A stretch of DNA of 63,033 nucleotides, counting the filler, from Craspedostauros australis (Eukaryota): the NCBI GenBank assembly GCA_030167865.1. It is 6 parts of 6 records of this genome, joined end to end, with 100 filler letters (N's around TTAATTAATTAA, not from the genome) between each part and the next. Parts side by side here need not be neighbours in the genome. Positions count along the whole stretch, not along the records: positions 28,216 to 43,112 come from JALAGF010005346.1; positions 43,213 to 46,646 come from JALAGF010005350.1; 4 more parts are not named here. One strand, 5' to 3'. The notes beneath the pieces are model-generated. The model saw nothing but the letters and a program-made list of their open reading frames with translations. It was not told where the DNA came from and did no database searches. Shown here piece after piece: positions 36,689-46,746 of this stretch. A program made the translations under genes and the position numbers. Every line of letters starts with the position of its first letter. Positions within the stretch are counted from its first letter, which is position 1.

Positions 36689-37654
36689 ACTAGTGCCTTC
36701 AAGAGCCGCCTGTAGCCAACGTTTTTGGCTACAGTTGGCTACAATTGGATCACAAAAAACTGCTCTGTAGAATGTAGTACATTTTCTACGTAAGTCCCGA
36801 ACGAAAACAGGCCAGAAACAGCATCAACCGTGGTCCAACTCTCCGCACTCAGCCCGTATGGGCCATCTTGTACTCATAGTGCAGTTCTAGTATCGCATAG
36901 TGTTTATATATACCATCGTAAAGTTTGGTGGCTGTTGATCTCTTGCTCGGCGAGCACTGATGTGGTCCGTCAAGCACCCCCATCATTCACGGACGCTTTT
37001 GGCTTGTGTTTGGCGCGTTTTCTTGTTCTGATTGGTCCAAAGCAGTATTCCATCCATCCATGACGTCACGATGACGCAATCATTGGAACCAGAATTCTCC
37101 AAACTTGCCACCGAAATTGAGGATCCGAGGGGTCAAATATCATTCCGACCTCCATGGGAGCACTAAACGCAAGCATAACTCCATACCATCGCACTCAAAC
37201 ATAATATAGACCACATGGGTGTGACCGCCTCGGAGAGATTATTCTGAAATGATATCTATTGTACAGATTGAGCCAAAGAATGCTCAGCGCCGAGACTTCA
37301 AAGATGGAGGGTCGAATTTCTCGAAAAAAGAGGCCAGATCCTACCGGACTCCTGTAGAATCCTACTTGTAGCCAACGAACAATCCGGTCCGTCCTTCGTC
37401 CGAAGGCAAAACCACACCAAGGGGGTCAACAAACACAAAAAGATCGACGAGATAGTAGTAACAACATTATAATGTTATTACTTTCCTGGATAGCCCTGAC
37501 TCTTAAGTTTACGTAGATGTGAAGAGATGTTGGATTGAGTGTCTGTAAAACGAAGGCGGAGTTTGGGAAAAACTGATCCAAAATCTGTAGCCAACTGTAG
37601 CCAATAATCGCCAATAATCGCCAATTTTTGGGTCCGTTTGTTTGAGGCACTAGT
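36689..37654. mobile_element. Putative non-autonomous TIR element (~960 bp)
   Basis: Terminal inverted repeat ACTAGTGCCT/AGGCACTAGT. Subterminal inverted block TTGGCTACAGTTGGCTACA..TTGGATCA (36725-36751) versus 37574-37604. No TSD seen. Confidence 0.55.
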
Positions 37655-37875
37655 CGTACGGATCAGACGCGGGCATGAACCAACAAACGCACGTGTCCAC
37701 AACGCTCGCCTGGCAGAGAGGAAAACAAAGTCAACACACGAAAACACAAACAAACAAACATCACACAATCACCACAACAAACCCAGTCACATCCAATAAC
37801 TCGCATAATATAGCGCACGCATAGTTGCTCGTACACGTGCAAACATCGAAGAACCTCCACATTGAGCTCTTCATC

Positions 37876-39627
37876 ATGGATGCCCATTCCAACAGAGTGG
37901 ATGGAATGACAGGCACGCGCAAGCGACTCAACCAGCCGAACCGAAACACTGTCGTCACACAGCGCCATCATGGCAGCAACCCAAATCTCTCTGGCCAACG
38001 GATGGACAATGACAACAGAATCGAAGGCCGCCAACAACCAAGGAAGCGCCGATCCATCACGACAGCCACGATGGTGGCGGTACTTGCTGTGGTGGTCGTT
38101 TTCTCTTGGTTCCTGGTATCCTATGAGATGCAGAGCATGAATTGGCAGACTTCGTCCTTCGCGATGGATGAGACACTGGCAGCAGCCGCTACCGTCGAGA
38201 TGGAGGGCTCATCTTCGACTGTCAAAGAGATCCAAGCTGACATGCGCATGGGCGTGCCAGGAATGGATACGGCAACGCTTCCACCGACTGAGAATATTCT
38301 CAAAGGAAGGAAGAACCGGCTGGTGTTTCATTTTGGTCCACCAAAGACGGCCACGACCTCGCTGCAACAGGACTTAGTGGAACTCAGAGAAAAGGAAATC
38401 CTCGCCGAAGACCACTATTGGGATTCAGGAATACTGTGCTCGAAAGATCCATTTACAGCTGAGCGCCTCGATTTATGCTCTTTGAATGTCGCATTCCACC
38501 GGGAAGCCATGCTTTGGGCATATACCAGGTACAGGAAGCGAATGAAAAGGCAGCAGTTGTTGATGAACAACCATGCACGCGCAGACGGCACACCCGCAGA
38601 AACATCAGCGCCGCAGCCGCGATCGCGATCGCTACCGAAGATACCATCCCAGCTGGTGGAAACACAAAGGCTACTTGACGCAGCAAGGCAACAAAACATC
38701 TCGCTGATATACAGCAGCGAATATCGGGGCTGCAGGTTAAATTACGGCCCAGCCGGGTTGTTCCAGAGCCCTGAGTACTTTGCCAACCTGCAACACCTGC
38801 TCAGAGGCTGGGATGTATCCATAATCGTCACCTACCGACGTGTCTTTGACTGGATGATCAGCACTTCGAAGCAAATATTTGGGATGGCGATAGAGTATAA
38901 CAGGTCAGCATCTCAGTGGCCCCGTGAAAATGGCACAATGCATGGAAATGCTTGGTCGTCGATACGGGCATGGATGAACATCAGTTCACACCCGTACAAG
39001 GGTGGCCCCATCACAATGACTATTTCGAACAATTACATTTTCATGGATGGCATCATCTCATCATGGAAACAAAGTAATTTCCCTATCCACATCATGAACT
39101 TCCATGACAAACGAGGTATCTCGAAGCAGTTCCTCTGCGACTTCATCCCGGACGCGCCCAGCTCGTGCGAATACCTACAGCAAAGGAAGACGACCACTCA
39201 CAGCAATTCCAGGACAATGATCTTTTTCATGCTCAACAACATTGTGTTTGCTGCAGCGCAACGAGGCTTGATCAGCGAAGCTGCGCAGGTCAACAATACC
39301 AGGCTAGACACGTCTATTTGGCTGCAGAACTATTTCAACGACGTCCTGAACAAGACCATGGTAGATCTTCCCTTGGATTGTCCGCCGAATCATGAACTGG
39401 AGGAGCTTCTGGAGATGTCACTTGAGATCGAGAAGAAGTGGATGCCGGAATGGTATGCCTCTCTTGATGGTGAAGTGGCACATCGCAAGGCATTCCATCG
39501 CACTGCGTACGTGAAGCGCGAATTCTGCAGTGTGGACGAAGAGCGATTGTTCGAGGGTGTTGTCACGTGGGGCGGACTTTTGGAAAAGCTGAACCGAACA
39601 TGGGGGGTGAGATGGGAAGCATCATAA
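37876..39627 (+). CDS. Type II membrane sulfotransferase-like protein, paralog of 34632-36329
   Basis: FHFGPPKTATTSLQ, YSSE, VTYRRVFDWMIS, and shared DLPLDCPP and EKKWMPEWYAS. First ATG of ORF 37825-39627. Confidence 0.82.
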   Translation: MDAHSNRVDGMTGTRKRLNQPNRNTVVTQRHHGSNPNLSGQRMDNDNRIEGRQQPRKRRSITTATMVAVLAVVVVFSWFLVSYEMQSMNWQTSSFAMDETLAAAATVEMEGSSSTVKEIQADMRMGVPGMDTATLPPTENILKGRKNRLVFHFGPPKTATTSLQQDLVELREKEILAEDHYWDSGILCSKDPFTAERLDLCSLNVAFHREAMLWAYTRYRKRMKRQQLLMNNHARADGTPAETSAPQPRSRSLPKIPSQLVETQRLLDAARQQNISLIYSSEYRGCRLNYGPAGLFQSPEYFANLQHLLRGWDVSIIVTYRRVFDWMISTSKQIFGMAIEYNRSASQWPRENGTMHGNAWSSIRAWMNISSHPYKGGPITMTISNNYIFMDGIISSWKQSNFPIHIMNFHDKRGISKQFLCDFIPDAPSSCEYLQQRKTTTHSNSRTMIFFMLNNIVFAAAQRGLISEAAQVNNTRLDTSIWLQNYFNDVLNKTMVDLPLDCPPNHELEELLEMSLEIEKKWMPEWYASLDGEVAHRKAFHRTAYVKREFCSVDEERLFEGVVTWGGLLEKLNRTWGVRWEAS

Positions 39628-40069
39628 TAGTTGTGGAATGGTGAATACCCTCCACGTGATGGGCCTTGATGTGTGTCGATTGGTGAGCTTTCTGCACACG
39701 TTTGGATCTCCGTACCTATGATGTGTGATGTGCGTGGAAAATCGGAACTTCGTCTTGTTGATGCAGAAAAAGGCCACGGTAGTCGTAGGCTTAGACTTTG
39801 ACTAGATGAAAGAGGTGGAGTATCATGTGTCGTGTGTGGCGTTTGGGGGAACGGCAGCGCCTCTGCTTGAGGGCATCATCAGCTTGCAACATCAATGGCA
39901 CAAGCTTTCAAGATATATCTAGCACCAGCCTTGTTTCTTCACATTCTATAATATTACAATAGAATATTCTACTCTGTTATGATGTGTTTTGGACTCCGAT
40001 GATGTTGACTTCTGTCAAGCTGCCGTTGATTTCAAGATCATTTACCGCGCAAACGCATGCAACCAGTTC

Positions 40070-41230
40070 TCAACACGTCAATCCGATGTCAATTCCGCCA
40101 AATGTGCTCATCTTTCCATCTAGAAATCGGAACGATCGAATCTGCGATGAGCCAGTGAAGATGGTGTGCACGAACATGAAGAGCCCCGGAACGTCTCCAA
40201 AGTCGTCGATGTGGTAGCAAGAGGTGGGGAGGCAGATTGAGAGAGACGATTGTTTGGAACCGAGAAAAGTGCCCACCTCCAATGAATGGACGTCTCCGGT
40301 CGTCGTATCTGTGAGGTTGAGCAGGACGGAATTGTCGGCCAGGCCTTCGTCTTCGCGCACGTCCAGGAAGAGCCGGTTCCCGTTTGGACAGTCGCCAGGG
40401 CAGTCGCTCCATCCCAAAAGATTGTTATCAGCCGTGCAATCGTACATTGTGGTGTCCAGGCAGGAGTCACCAGCGAGGCCAAGATACACGCGATCGCCTC
40501 CGAAAACATAGCTGATTTCGCGACTGTTGTCGTAGTGTGCTGTCACATCGAATTGTAAACCCAAGAGTGAAGAGTCGGGAGCATCGGGGGAAGGATCGAT
40601 TATGCCTGGGATATCTGCGAAGATGCAGGTTCTTGGGACGCATAGCGAGGCTTGCACGTATGTGTTGTCTTCGCCATACAAGCTATCCAGCGCGATGGAG
40701 AAAAGCTCCTCGTTGCGGTAGATATCCATGAACGAGATACTGAGGCCATCGTAGTTGACGCCAGCATCCGAGGTGATTTTGTAGTTGCCTTCATCCTGGC
40801 TGACTCTGACTTCGAGAGGCATCTCACGAAGTTGGCATTCGAGTGGTGTGGTAGGTCCGGATGTTGGTGTCAAAGTTGGTGGTGTGGTAGGTCCGGATGT
40901 TGGTGCCAAAGTTGGTGGTGTGGTCGGTGCGGATGTTGGTGCTGAAGTTGGCACGGAAGTCGGAGCCGTGGTCGATAGGCACCCGGTGATGTGGTTGCAC
41001 TCGATCCCGCACACTTCCGCAATCGGCTTGTCTCTGAATTCATCGGTCTTGATACATCTCTTCTGAGGATTGTTGGCAACATCGGCGCAGGTTTTCCCCA
41101 ACTTGTTGTTGTACTTCACCGGAGCAAAAGGTTTGTTGTTGCAATTGTAAGATACTGCAGAGCATTGTGTCAGCCCACCGAAGGCAAGGATCGAAAGAAG
41201 ATGGAGTGTTGGTGTCATGTGGATCTTCAT
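40070..41230 (-). CDS. Secreted Cys-rich protein with Pro/Thr stalk
   Basis: Signal peptide, 6-Cys module, 36-bp tandem PT repeats (~40845-40960), then two Cys-flanked beta-rich repeats (LCVPRTC / ICLPTSC). Confidence 0.8.
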   Translation of the reverse strand: MKIHMTPTLHLLSILAFGGLTQCSAVSYNCNNKPFAPVKYNNKLGKTCADVANNPQKRCIKTDEFRDKPIAEVCGIECNHITGCLSTTAPTSVPTSAPTSAPTTPPTLAPTSGPTTPPTLTPTSGPTTPLECQLREMPLEVRVSQDEGNYKITSDAGVNYDGLSISFMDIYRNEELFSIALDSLYGEDNTYVQASLCVPRTCIFADIPGIIDPSPDAPDSSLLGLQFDVTAHYDNSREISYVFGGDRVYLGLAGDSCLDTTMYDCTADNNLLGWSDCPGDCPNGNRLFLDVREDEGLADNSVLLNLTDTTTGDVHSLEVGTFLGSKQSSLSICLPTSCYHIDDFGDVPGLFMFVHTIFTGSSQIRSFRFLDGKMSTFGGIDIGLTC

Positions 41231-43292
41231 GATGGTGCCGATGATGATGGTGATGAACACAGAGGTGGCGGCAGTATTGGCGGGGTACGTGGTTGGGATA
41301 GGGTATATGAACTGGATGTATTCTGCGGCCTATAGTCGTAGAATAGGCAGCTATCACTGTGTTGATTTCGTTGTTGGTTTGCTTTGCTCGGCGTTGATTT
41401 TATGAATCAATGTGGCTGAGACCGGGCAGGATGAGTCCTCAAGTAACAACAACTCGAGAATACAATGAGTTCAATGGTGACAAATACACTGTGATGTGCG
41501 AAGTTCCTCTACTCAACGGTCGAGCAACACATGATTGGCGCGCTTCGATAGTCTCACAGGTTAACTTTCCTTGCCATCAAGTCCATGTGAGATGTAAGAG
41601 CCCCCCGAGTGAGTCGACCTGCACTCCGTTATTGGCCTCCAGAAATTTTCTCTCCTACATACTAACCAACCACATATTTGTAATCCTTGTAGGTCTAATA
41701 CAAATAATTAACCGATGGATTTTTGAGTTAGATCCTATTTTAAGTTTTATGGACCGATGGATATGCGCAATTTTCGATCTCTTTCGGGTTTCAGCCTTTG
41801 ACAACCGACTACATCGATCCAATTTAACCCTTTGCTGTTCTTTGTTTCAGCGACATTGTTCTGATTTTGAATTGTTTAGTCTCTTTTTCAGGTGTTCGGA
41901 TGGGACCACCCAACAGTCCATCCACGATAGCACTAGTTGTAGAATGTTGGGGGAAGCGGTGAATCCGCTTTTACATTCATTCCATCATGTGCTTATCCAA
42001 TCCGTCATCGACGTCACGCAACTAGATGCTTCGTCATGAAACACCAATGATATCACGATGCGAAACATCGTCAGGTTTGCTTCTTCGTGGCGAAGTGGTT
42101 GAGTGGGGTTGGTACTCCTCGAGTGTTTTGTGTCGTGGTCTTTTTGGACAGTCGAAACAACTGGAGGTAAATCTCCACATCCCCCAACATGTGAGGCTGG
42201 TCGAGAGCGGCAAACTCGACACACCAAGATGAAAATGGAGCCACACCAAAAAAATACCACAATGGCCGTCGAACGGTATGCTTGGCGCCGCACCAACCAG
42301 CCGGCCAATTCAAGATCCAAGCACATCGCCGTCATCTCCACGCAGCGTTTGGTGGGTGGACGAACGGAGGCGGGAAGAGGGGTTGATTTGGGGCCGTCGT
42401 AGGCCCCAGAAATACGGCCACAATTTGGCTCCAAATCGGCTCGTTGGTTTTGGCCTGTGTACGCCACACACAGGTCATATCAGCGCCTACAGATGGGCAA
42501 GACGCCTCAGGAAGGGCAAGAAGAAGGCCCCCTCGAAGTTCGAGGCTCGCAGAGCACCGGGAAGGTCTCCGCGCGGAGAGAAAGGTGGTTTTTGGGAGTT
42601 TTGGTTGGGGCTCGCCTGGCACCAGTCGCGTGGCTTTGGCGGTGAGGGGCGATGGGAAGACGCCCCTCAATCGCCAAGGTACCCATACAAGATGCGTGCG
42701 GCATCATTTGAAGATGCACGTCGTGAAGCGTGCGCCACAGAGACGGTGTACAAGAGGCTGCAGCCGACCATATCTGCAGAATGGTCGTTGTTGGTGGGAG
42801 CAAAAAATGCCCAACCACATCATCATATGGAGGTGTACCGCGTCAGCCATGCACTCCCAGCCCATTCTGGATGCATCTGCCTGTCGCCATGGAGCGTGGT
42901 AATGCACGAGGGGCACAAGGAGGGGCTGCAAGGATCGTATGGATGAGGTATGGATCCGTATCCATACCGCATCCGGATTGAAAATGATTTTTCGAAATCG
43001 CTCTGTTTCAGTGTGTGGCTGCATTGCTGCATGCAGAGCCGATGTCTGAGGCCAACCTTCATGGAGCGGATAGCTGGGGGGTATGCAGAGCGAATGATCT
43101 GATCAGTTTGCTNNNNNNNNNNNNNNNNNNNNNNNNNNNNNNNNNNNNNNNNNNNNTTAATTAATTAANNNNNNNNNNNNNNNNNNNNNNNNNNNNNNNN
43201 NNNNNNNNNNNNACTCACCAACCTACTGCACTACCACGGATTGATCACCCTTCGGCGTTCAGTAAGTTCACCTCGTTTTCATTATCGTTCTA

Positions 43293-43766
43293 TCATGTCC
43301 ATATCTCGATGACTAGCCGAGGTCGTAGGTTGACTTGGCAGTGGAGCACCCAGCTACGCCATTCTGTATTCTGGACCCCGTGGGCGACCAGAAAGTCCAC
43401 CGGAAGTTCGTTCAGAATCCGGTGGGACACTCTTGCCGTCGACCCAAGGAATTGGGTCGAGTCCGGGTACGTCCGAAGCGTGTGGGGCAAGCCGTCGTCA
43501 TGTGTGCAAAGGACATGCTCGAAAGCGGGCCAGATGCTGCTGGTCATGTGGAGACCGAAGTTCAGTGTTGCGTAGCGCAGTGAACAGGTAGAGGACGTGG
43601 GGAGTTGTTTCGTGGATAGTGCAACAATGTCTGCTAAGTTAGAGCTTAGTAGTATGTCGCTCGGGGCGTCCGGCTTGACGGTGTGCGTGTGTGTGATGTC
43701 TGGGATGGTCGGTGGTATCGGTGTTTGTTGGTTGGCGTTGAGGTGGGCACGAGTTGTAGGCAGCAC
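43293..43766 (-). pseudogene. Fragment of a second ORF downstream of the gag-like gene; possibly a degenerate C5-methyltransferase fold
   Basis: Starts about 30 bp after the ORF1 stop. PVDFLVAHG...LRPRLVIEIW loosely resembles MTase motifs IV and VI. Ends in stops near the contig end. Confidence 0.35.
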
Positions 43767-43796
43767 AGAGAAGAGAGAGACAAAGAAAACACAGGG

Positions 43797-46070
43797 TTAG
43801 GCATCATCCTCTTCTCCGCCTCCGCGCTTCGCGATTGCTTCCTGCAGGATGCGAGTGATAACGTCGGCGGCCTTTTCGCCTTGGTTCACACATTTCGCGA
43901 CCTGTTTGGCTTTCGCCATCGCCACCTTCTTCTTGAAGAGATACCCGAATGGGCATCCGCTGTCGCGGATCTCATGGACCTTGCTGGATCCTCCGCAGTG
44001 CTTGCACTTCTTCCGACCTGTTTCGGTTGGAGCGGTGTCAGTGTCATCCTTCGTTGCCGAGGATGGGCCGAGGGTGCCGATTGCGCGCTGCTGGAATTTC
44101 TCCAGGACCTTCAGGTTGCACCAACCCCCTCGTGCTCCTTCGCGTACGATGATGTACGTGCGAAAGATCATGAGGTTGCGGGAGGACGCGAAGTTACGTG
44201 CGTCGAAGAGAGCCTTGGCGTAGTGCTCAAGGTATACCTCGGCGGAGTCCTCCCATCCGTTGGCGGTCTTGAAGGCTTCCTCCTGGAGTTTGAGGAGGAG
44301 TTCGTGATAGTATGTCAAGAACAGCTTGAGGACGGCGACCCATCCTCCGCCTTGCTGGTAGAGAGTGATTTGCTCATCGGTGTAGCAACCGTGGTGGAGA
44401 ATGTGACCCACATCGTTGAGATAGCGAGTCATCACGTCGTCGCGGATGCTGTTGAAGTCACCCGCGAGTTCGCTGAGGTCTTCGGAGGTCTTGATGCGGC
44501 CGAGAGCGTGGCGNGTCTTGGTGCGCCAGTTGGAGTCGGTGGCGATGAGACCGGCAGATCGAGCGGTTTGGTTGCGGATGTCTCCGAAGGCGGAGGCGAG
44601 TTCTTCAATGGATGTGCGTTCATCGGTGACCTTACCTGGTTGGCTGGTGACGTCGATGGCGGCTTTAGCGAGTTCCGTCTGGATCTCTTGGCTGGCGTGT
44701 GGCGGGGCCAGATGTTTGAGCATGCGTCGTTCGTTGTCGATGGCCTCGCCGAAGATCTGTTTCTTGTCGCCCTTGGACGAGTCTTCGCCCAGGAACTGTT
44801 CGATGCCCATACTGGTGGAGCCAGATGGGGCCCGATCTGGGAGAGAGGCCGTCGCCGCTTGGGACTCGGCGGGTGTGTTTCCTGGGCGTGTCGCTCCTGC
44901 CGGGTGTGGACGGTCGTGTGACGTCGGCTGGCTGTAGGTGGGCGCGGTTGTCGTAGAAACACGGAGGTAGGCATCGGCTTCGGCGAAGGAAGCACACCGA
45001 AGAACTCGGGCGGTGCTTCCGGTGCCTGCTTGGGCGATGGCCTCGGCCGCCGAGGTGTATACCCCGGGGCGTCGTCCATCGATCGCCACATACCATTCAG
45101 TGTCAGTGGTTGGGGCAGGTGCGGGAGCGAGACTCGGGGAGGGACGGCCATGTTGGAGCAGTTGCGTGATTTGCGCCTGCTGATTCGCCAGTGCCCGCAA
45201 CATTGCTTGCGTGGTCTCCTCTGACTTGCGTTGGTGGAGCTCCATCGCTTCACGGTTGAGGGATGCCTGATGGCGCACCACATGCATGAGTTCGTCGGCT
45301 GCGGTAGTGGCCAGAGCAGGAGGAGAGTAGTGTGTTCCGTGCTGGGAGGAGAGGACCGGATGGGAGACGACCGGGACGGGGCGCATCAATGGGACCGGGG
45401 GTGTGCGACCGGATGCCACTGGCTGGGTGGTCGGTGGCGGGCCAGCGGGGTTGGTCTTGAGGCGGACGGGTGGCGTCGGCTGTACATCGATGCCGGGTCG
45501 TCCTGCTGGCTTGGTGTCGAGGTCGAATCCGACCACTCCGACGCTCTTGGAGTCGCTGTCGTTGCGGGCAGTGGCATCCGTGATATCCATCTTGCCGACA
45601 GCCTCGAGATCGCGGAGCGCGGCGGCACGAGTAGAGTCGTATGCGGCGCGGCTCTGGTGGCTGCTCTCGATGAGATCGCGTCGGGGTGCTCCGCCGAGCG
45701 TGGTTGTGTCGAGGCATTGGTACACTCCCGAGAGTCCACGGCGGTCAGGGTCGCGGCGAAGGGCGTGGTGGTTGCTGCGGCGGCACTCGCTGGCCAAGTT
45801 AGCACAGAGTAGAGTGTGGCCGTCCTCCGACTTGGAGGAGAGGCGGACCAGGCAGATGCGGTCGTCAGCCACGACATGTCCGATGGCCATCCCGATCCCA
45901 ACTTGGTCGAGGAGAGTGTCGCTGCCCATGTCACCAGAGCGGGCGGATCCGCTGGCTACCGAGGATACAGTCTCGACTGCGATCCCGGGCCCGGACGCCG
46001 CCGGAGGCATACTGGCGAAAGCGGAGGCTTCAGACGCAAGAAGCGAGGAGAGATTGGGTGGGTCGGTCAT
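43797..46070 (-). CDS. Gag-like ORF1 of a probable tyrosine-recombinase (DIRS/Ngaro-like) retroelement, with an RNase H1 N-terminal (caulimovirus viroplasmin) domain
   Basis: Intronless GC-rich 757-aa ORF. WYVAIDGRRPGVYTSAAEA...FAEADAYL (44964-45095), N-terminal C-C-C-H cluster, C-terminal CKHC-X6-H-X6-C knuckle. RT and recombinase are not in the window. Confidence 0.6.
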   Translation of the reverse strand: MTDPPNLSSLLASEASAFASMPPAASGPGIAVETVSSVASGSARSGDMGSDTLLDQVGIGMAIGHVVADDRICLVRLSSKSEDGHTLLCANLASECRRSNHHALRRDPDRRGLSGVYQCLDTTTLGGAPRRDLIESSHQSRAAYDSTRAAALRDLEAVGKMDITDATARNDSDSKSVGVVGFDLDTKPAGRPGIDVQPTPPVRLKTNPAGPPPTTQPVASGRTPPVPLMRPVPVVSHPVLSSQHGTHYSPPALATTAADELMHVVRHQASLNREAMELHQRKSEETTQAMLRALANQQAQITQLLQHGRPSPSLAPAPAPTTDTEWYVAIDGRRPGVYTSAAEAIAQAGTGSTARVLRCASFAEADAYLRVSTTTAPTYSQPTSHDRPHPAGATRPGNTPAESQAATASLPDRAPSGSTSMGIEQFLGEDSSKGDKKQIFGEAIDNERRMLKHLAPPHASQEIQTELAKAAIDVTSQPGKVTDERTSIEELASAFGDIRNQTARSAGLIATDSNWRTKXRHALGRIKTSEDLSELAGDFNSIRDDVMTRYLNDVGHILHHGCYTDEQITLYQQGGGWVAVLKLFLTYYHELLLKLQEEAFKTANGWEDSAEVYLEHYAKALFDARNFASSRNLMIFRTYIIVREGARGGWCNLKVLEKFQQRAIGTLGPSSATKDDTDTAPTETGRKKCKHCGGSSKVHEIRDSGCPFGYLFKKKVAMAKAKQVAKCVNQGEKAADVITRILQEAIAKRGGGEEDDA

Positions 46071-46746
46071 GGCGAGGACTCAAGAAGAAGGTGAAAGGCG
46101 TGAAGTGGTGTAGAAGGCGTTGTTTTGTTGCTAGGTTACCCCTGAGCAAGCGTTGCGNNNNNNNNNNNNNNNNNNNNNNNNNNNNNNNNNNNNNNNNNNN
46201 NNNNNNNGAAAGGCGTGAAGTGGTGTAGAAGGCGTTGTTTTGTTGCTAGGTTACCCCTGAGCAAGCGTTGCGGGAAGCGTTATCCGAAGCGGGGAGTGTG
46301 ACAATTCTGTCGTCTTTTCCAAATTGTGCGCATTTCGGGTGTTGCTTGTCGCATCGCTTCTCTGCTTGTTGTTCCTCTTCTCTCTTTCTCCTTTCTCTTG
46401 CAGGTTCCTCAATCTCCTCGTGTTCGACCTCCTTCGTTTCTCATTTGCTCGAAGCGGGTCTTGGTCCGGCTTCACTATCCGATTGCATCTTCTCTGATGG
46501 GTTTGCAATTGGTGTCATCGATAGCGCATTCCGTGTTTTTGAGTTTTTGTTTGTGTGTCGATTTTGTCGCCGCGGGCGATCATTTTGTGAGCTCCGCATT
46601 GCCATCAAATGGCCGTTGTCGCACATGGTTCGAATTGTCCTTACTTNNNNNNNNNNNNNNNNNNNNNNNNNNNNNNNNNNNNNNNNNNNNTTAATTAATT
46701 AANNNNNNNNNNNNNNNNNNNNNNNNNNNNNNNNNNNNNNNNNNNN

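Noticed and set aside
41460..43092. Possible DNA transposon remnant (AT-rich block and GGAT/ATCC-rich repeats)
   Set aside because: I could not define TIRs, a TSD or transposase motifs.
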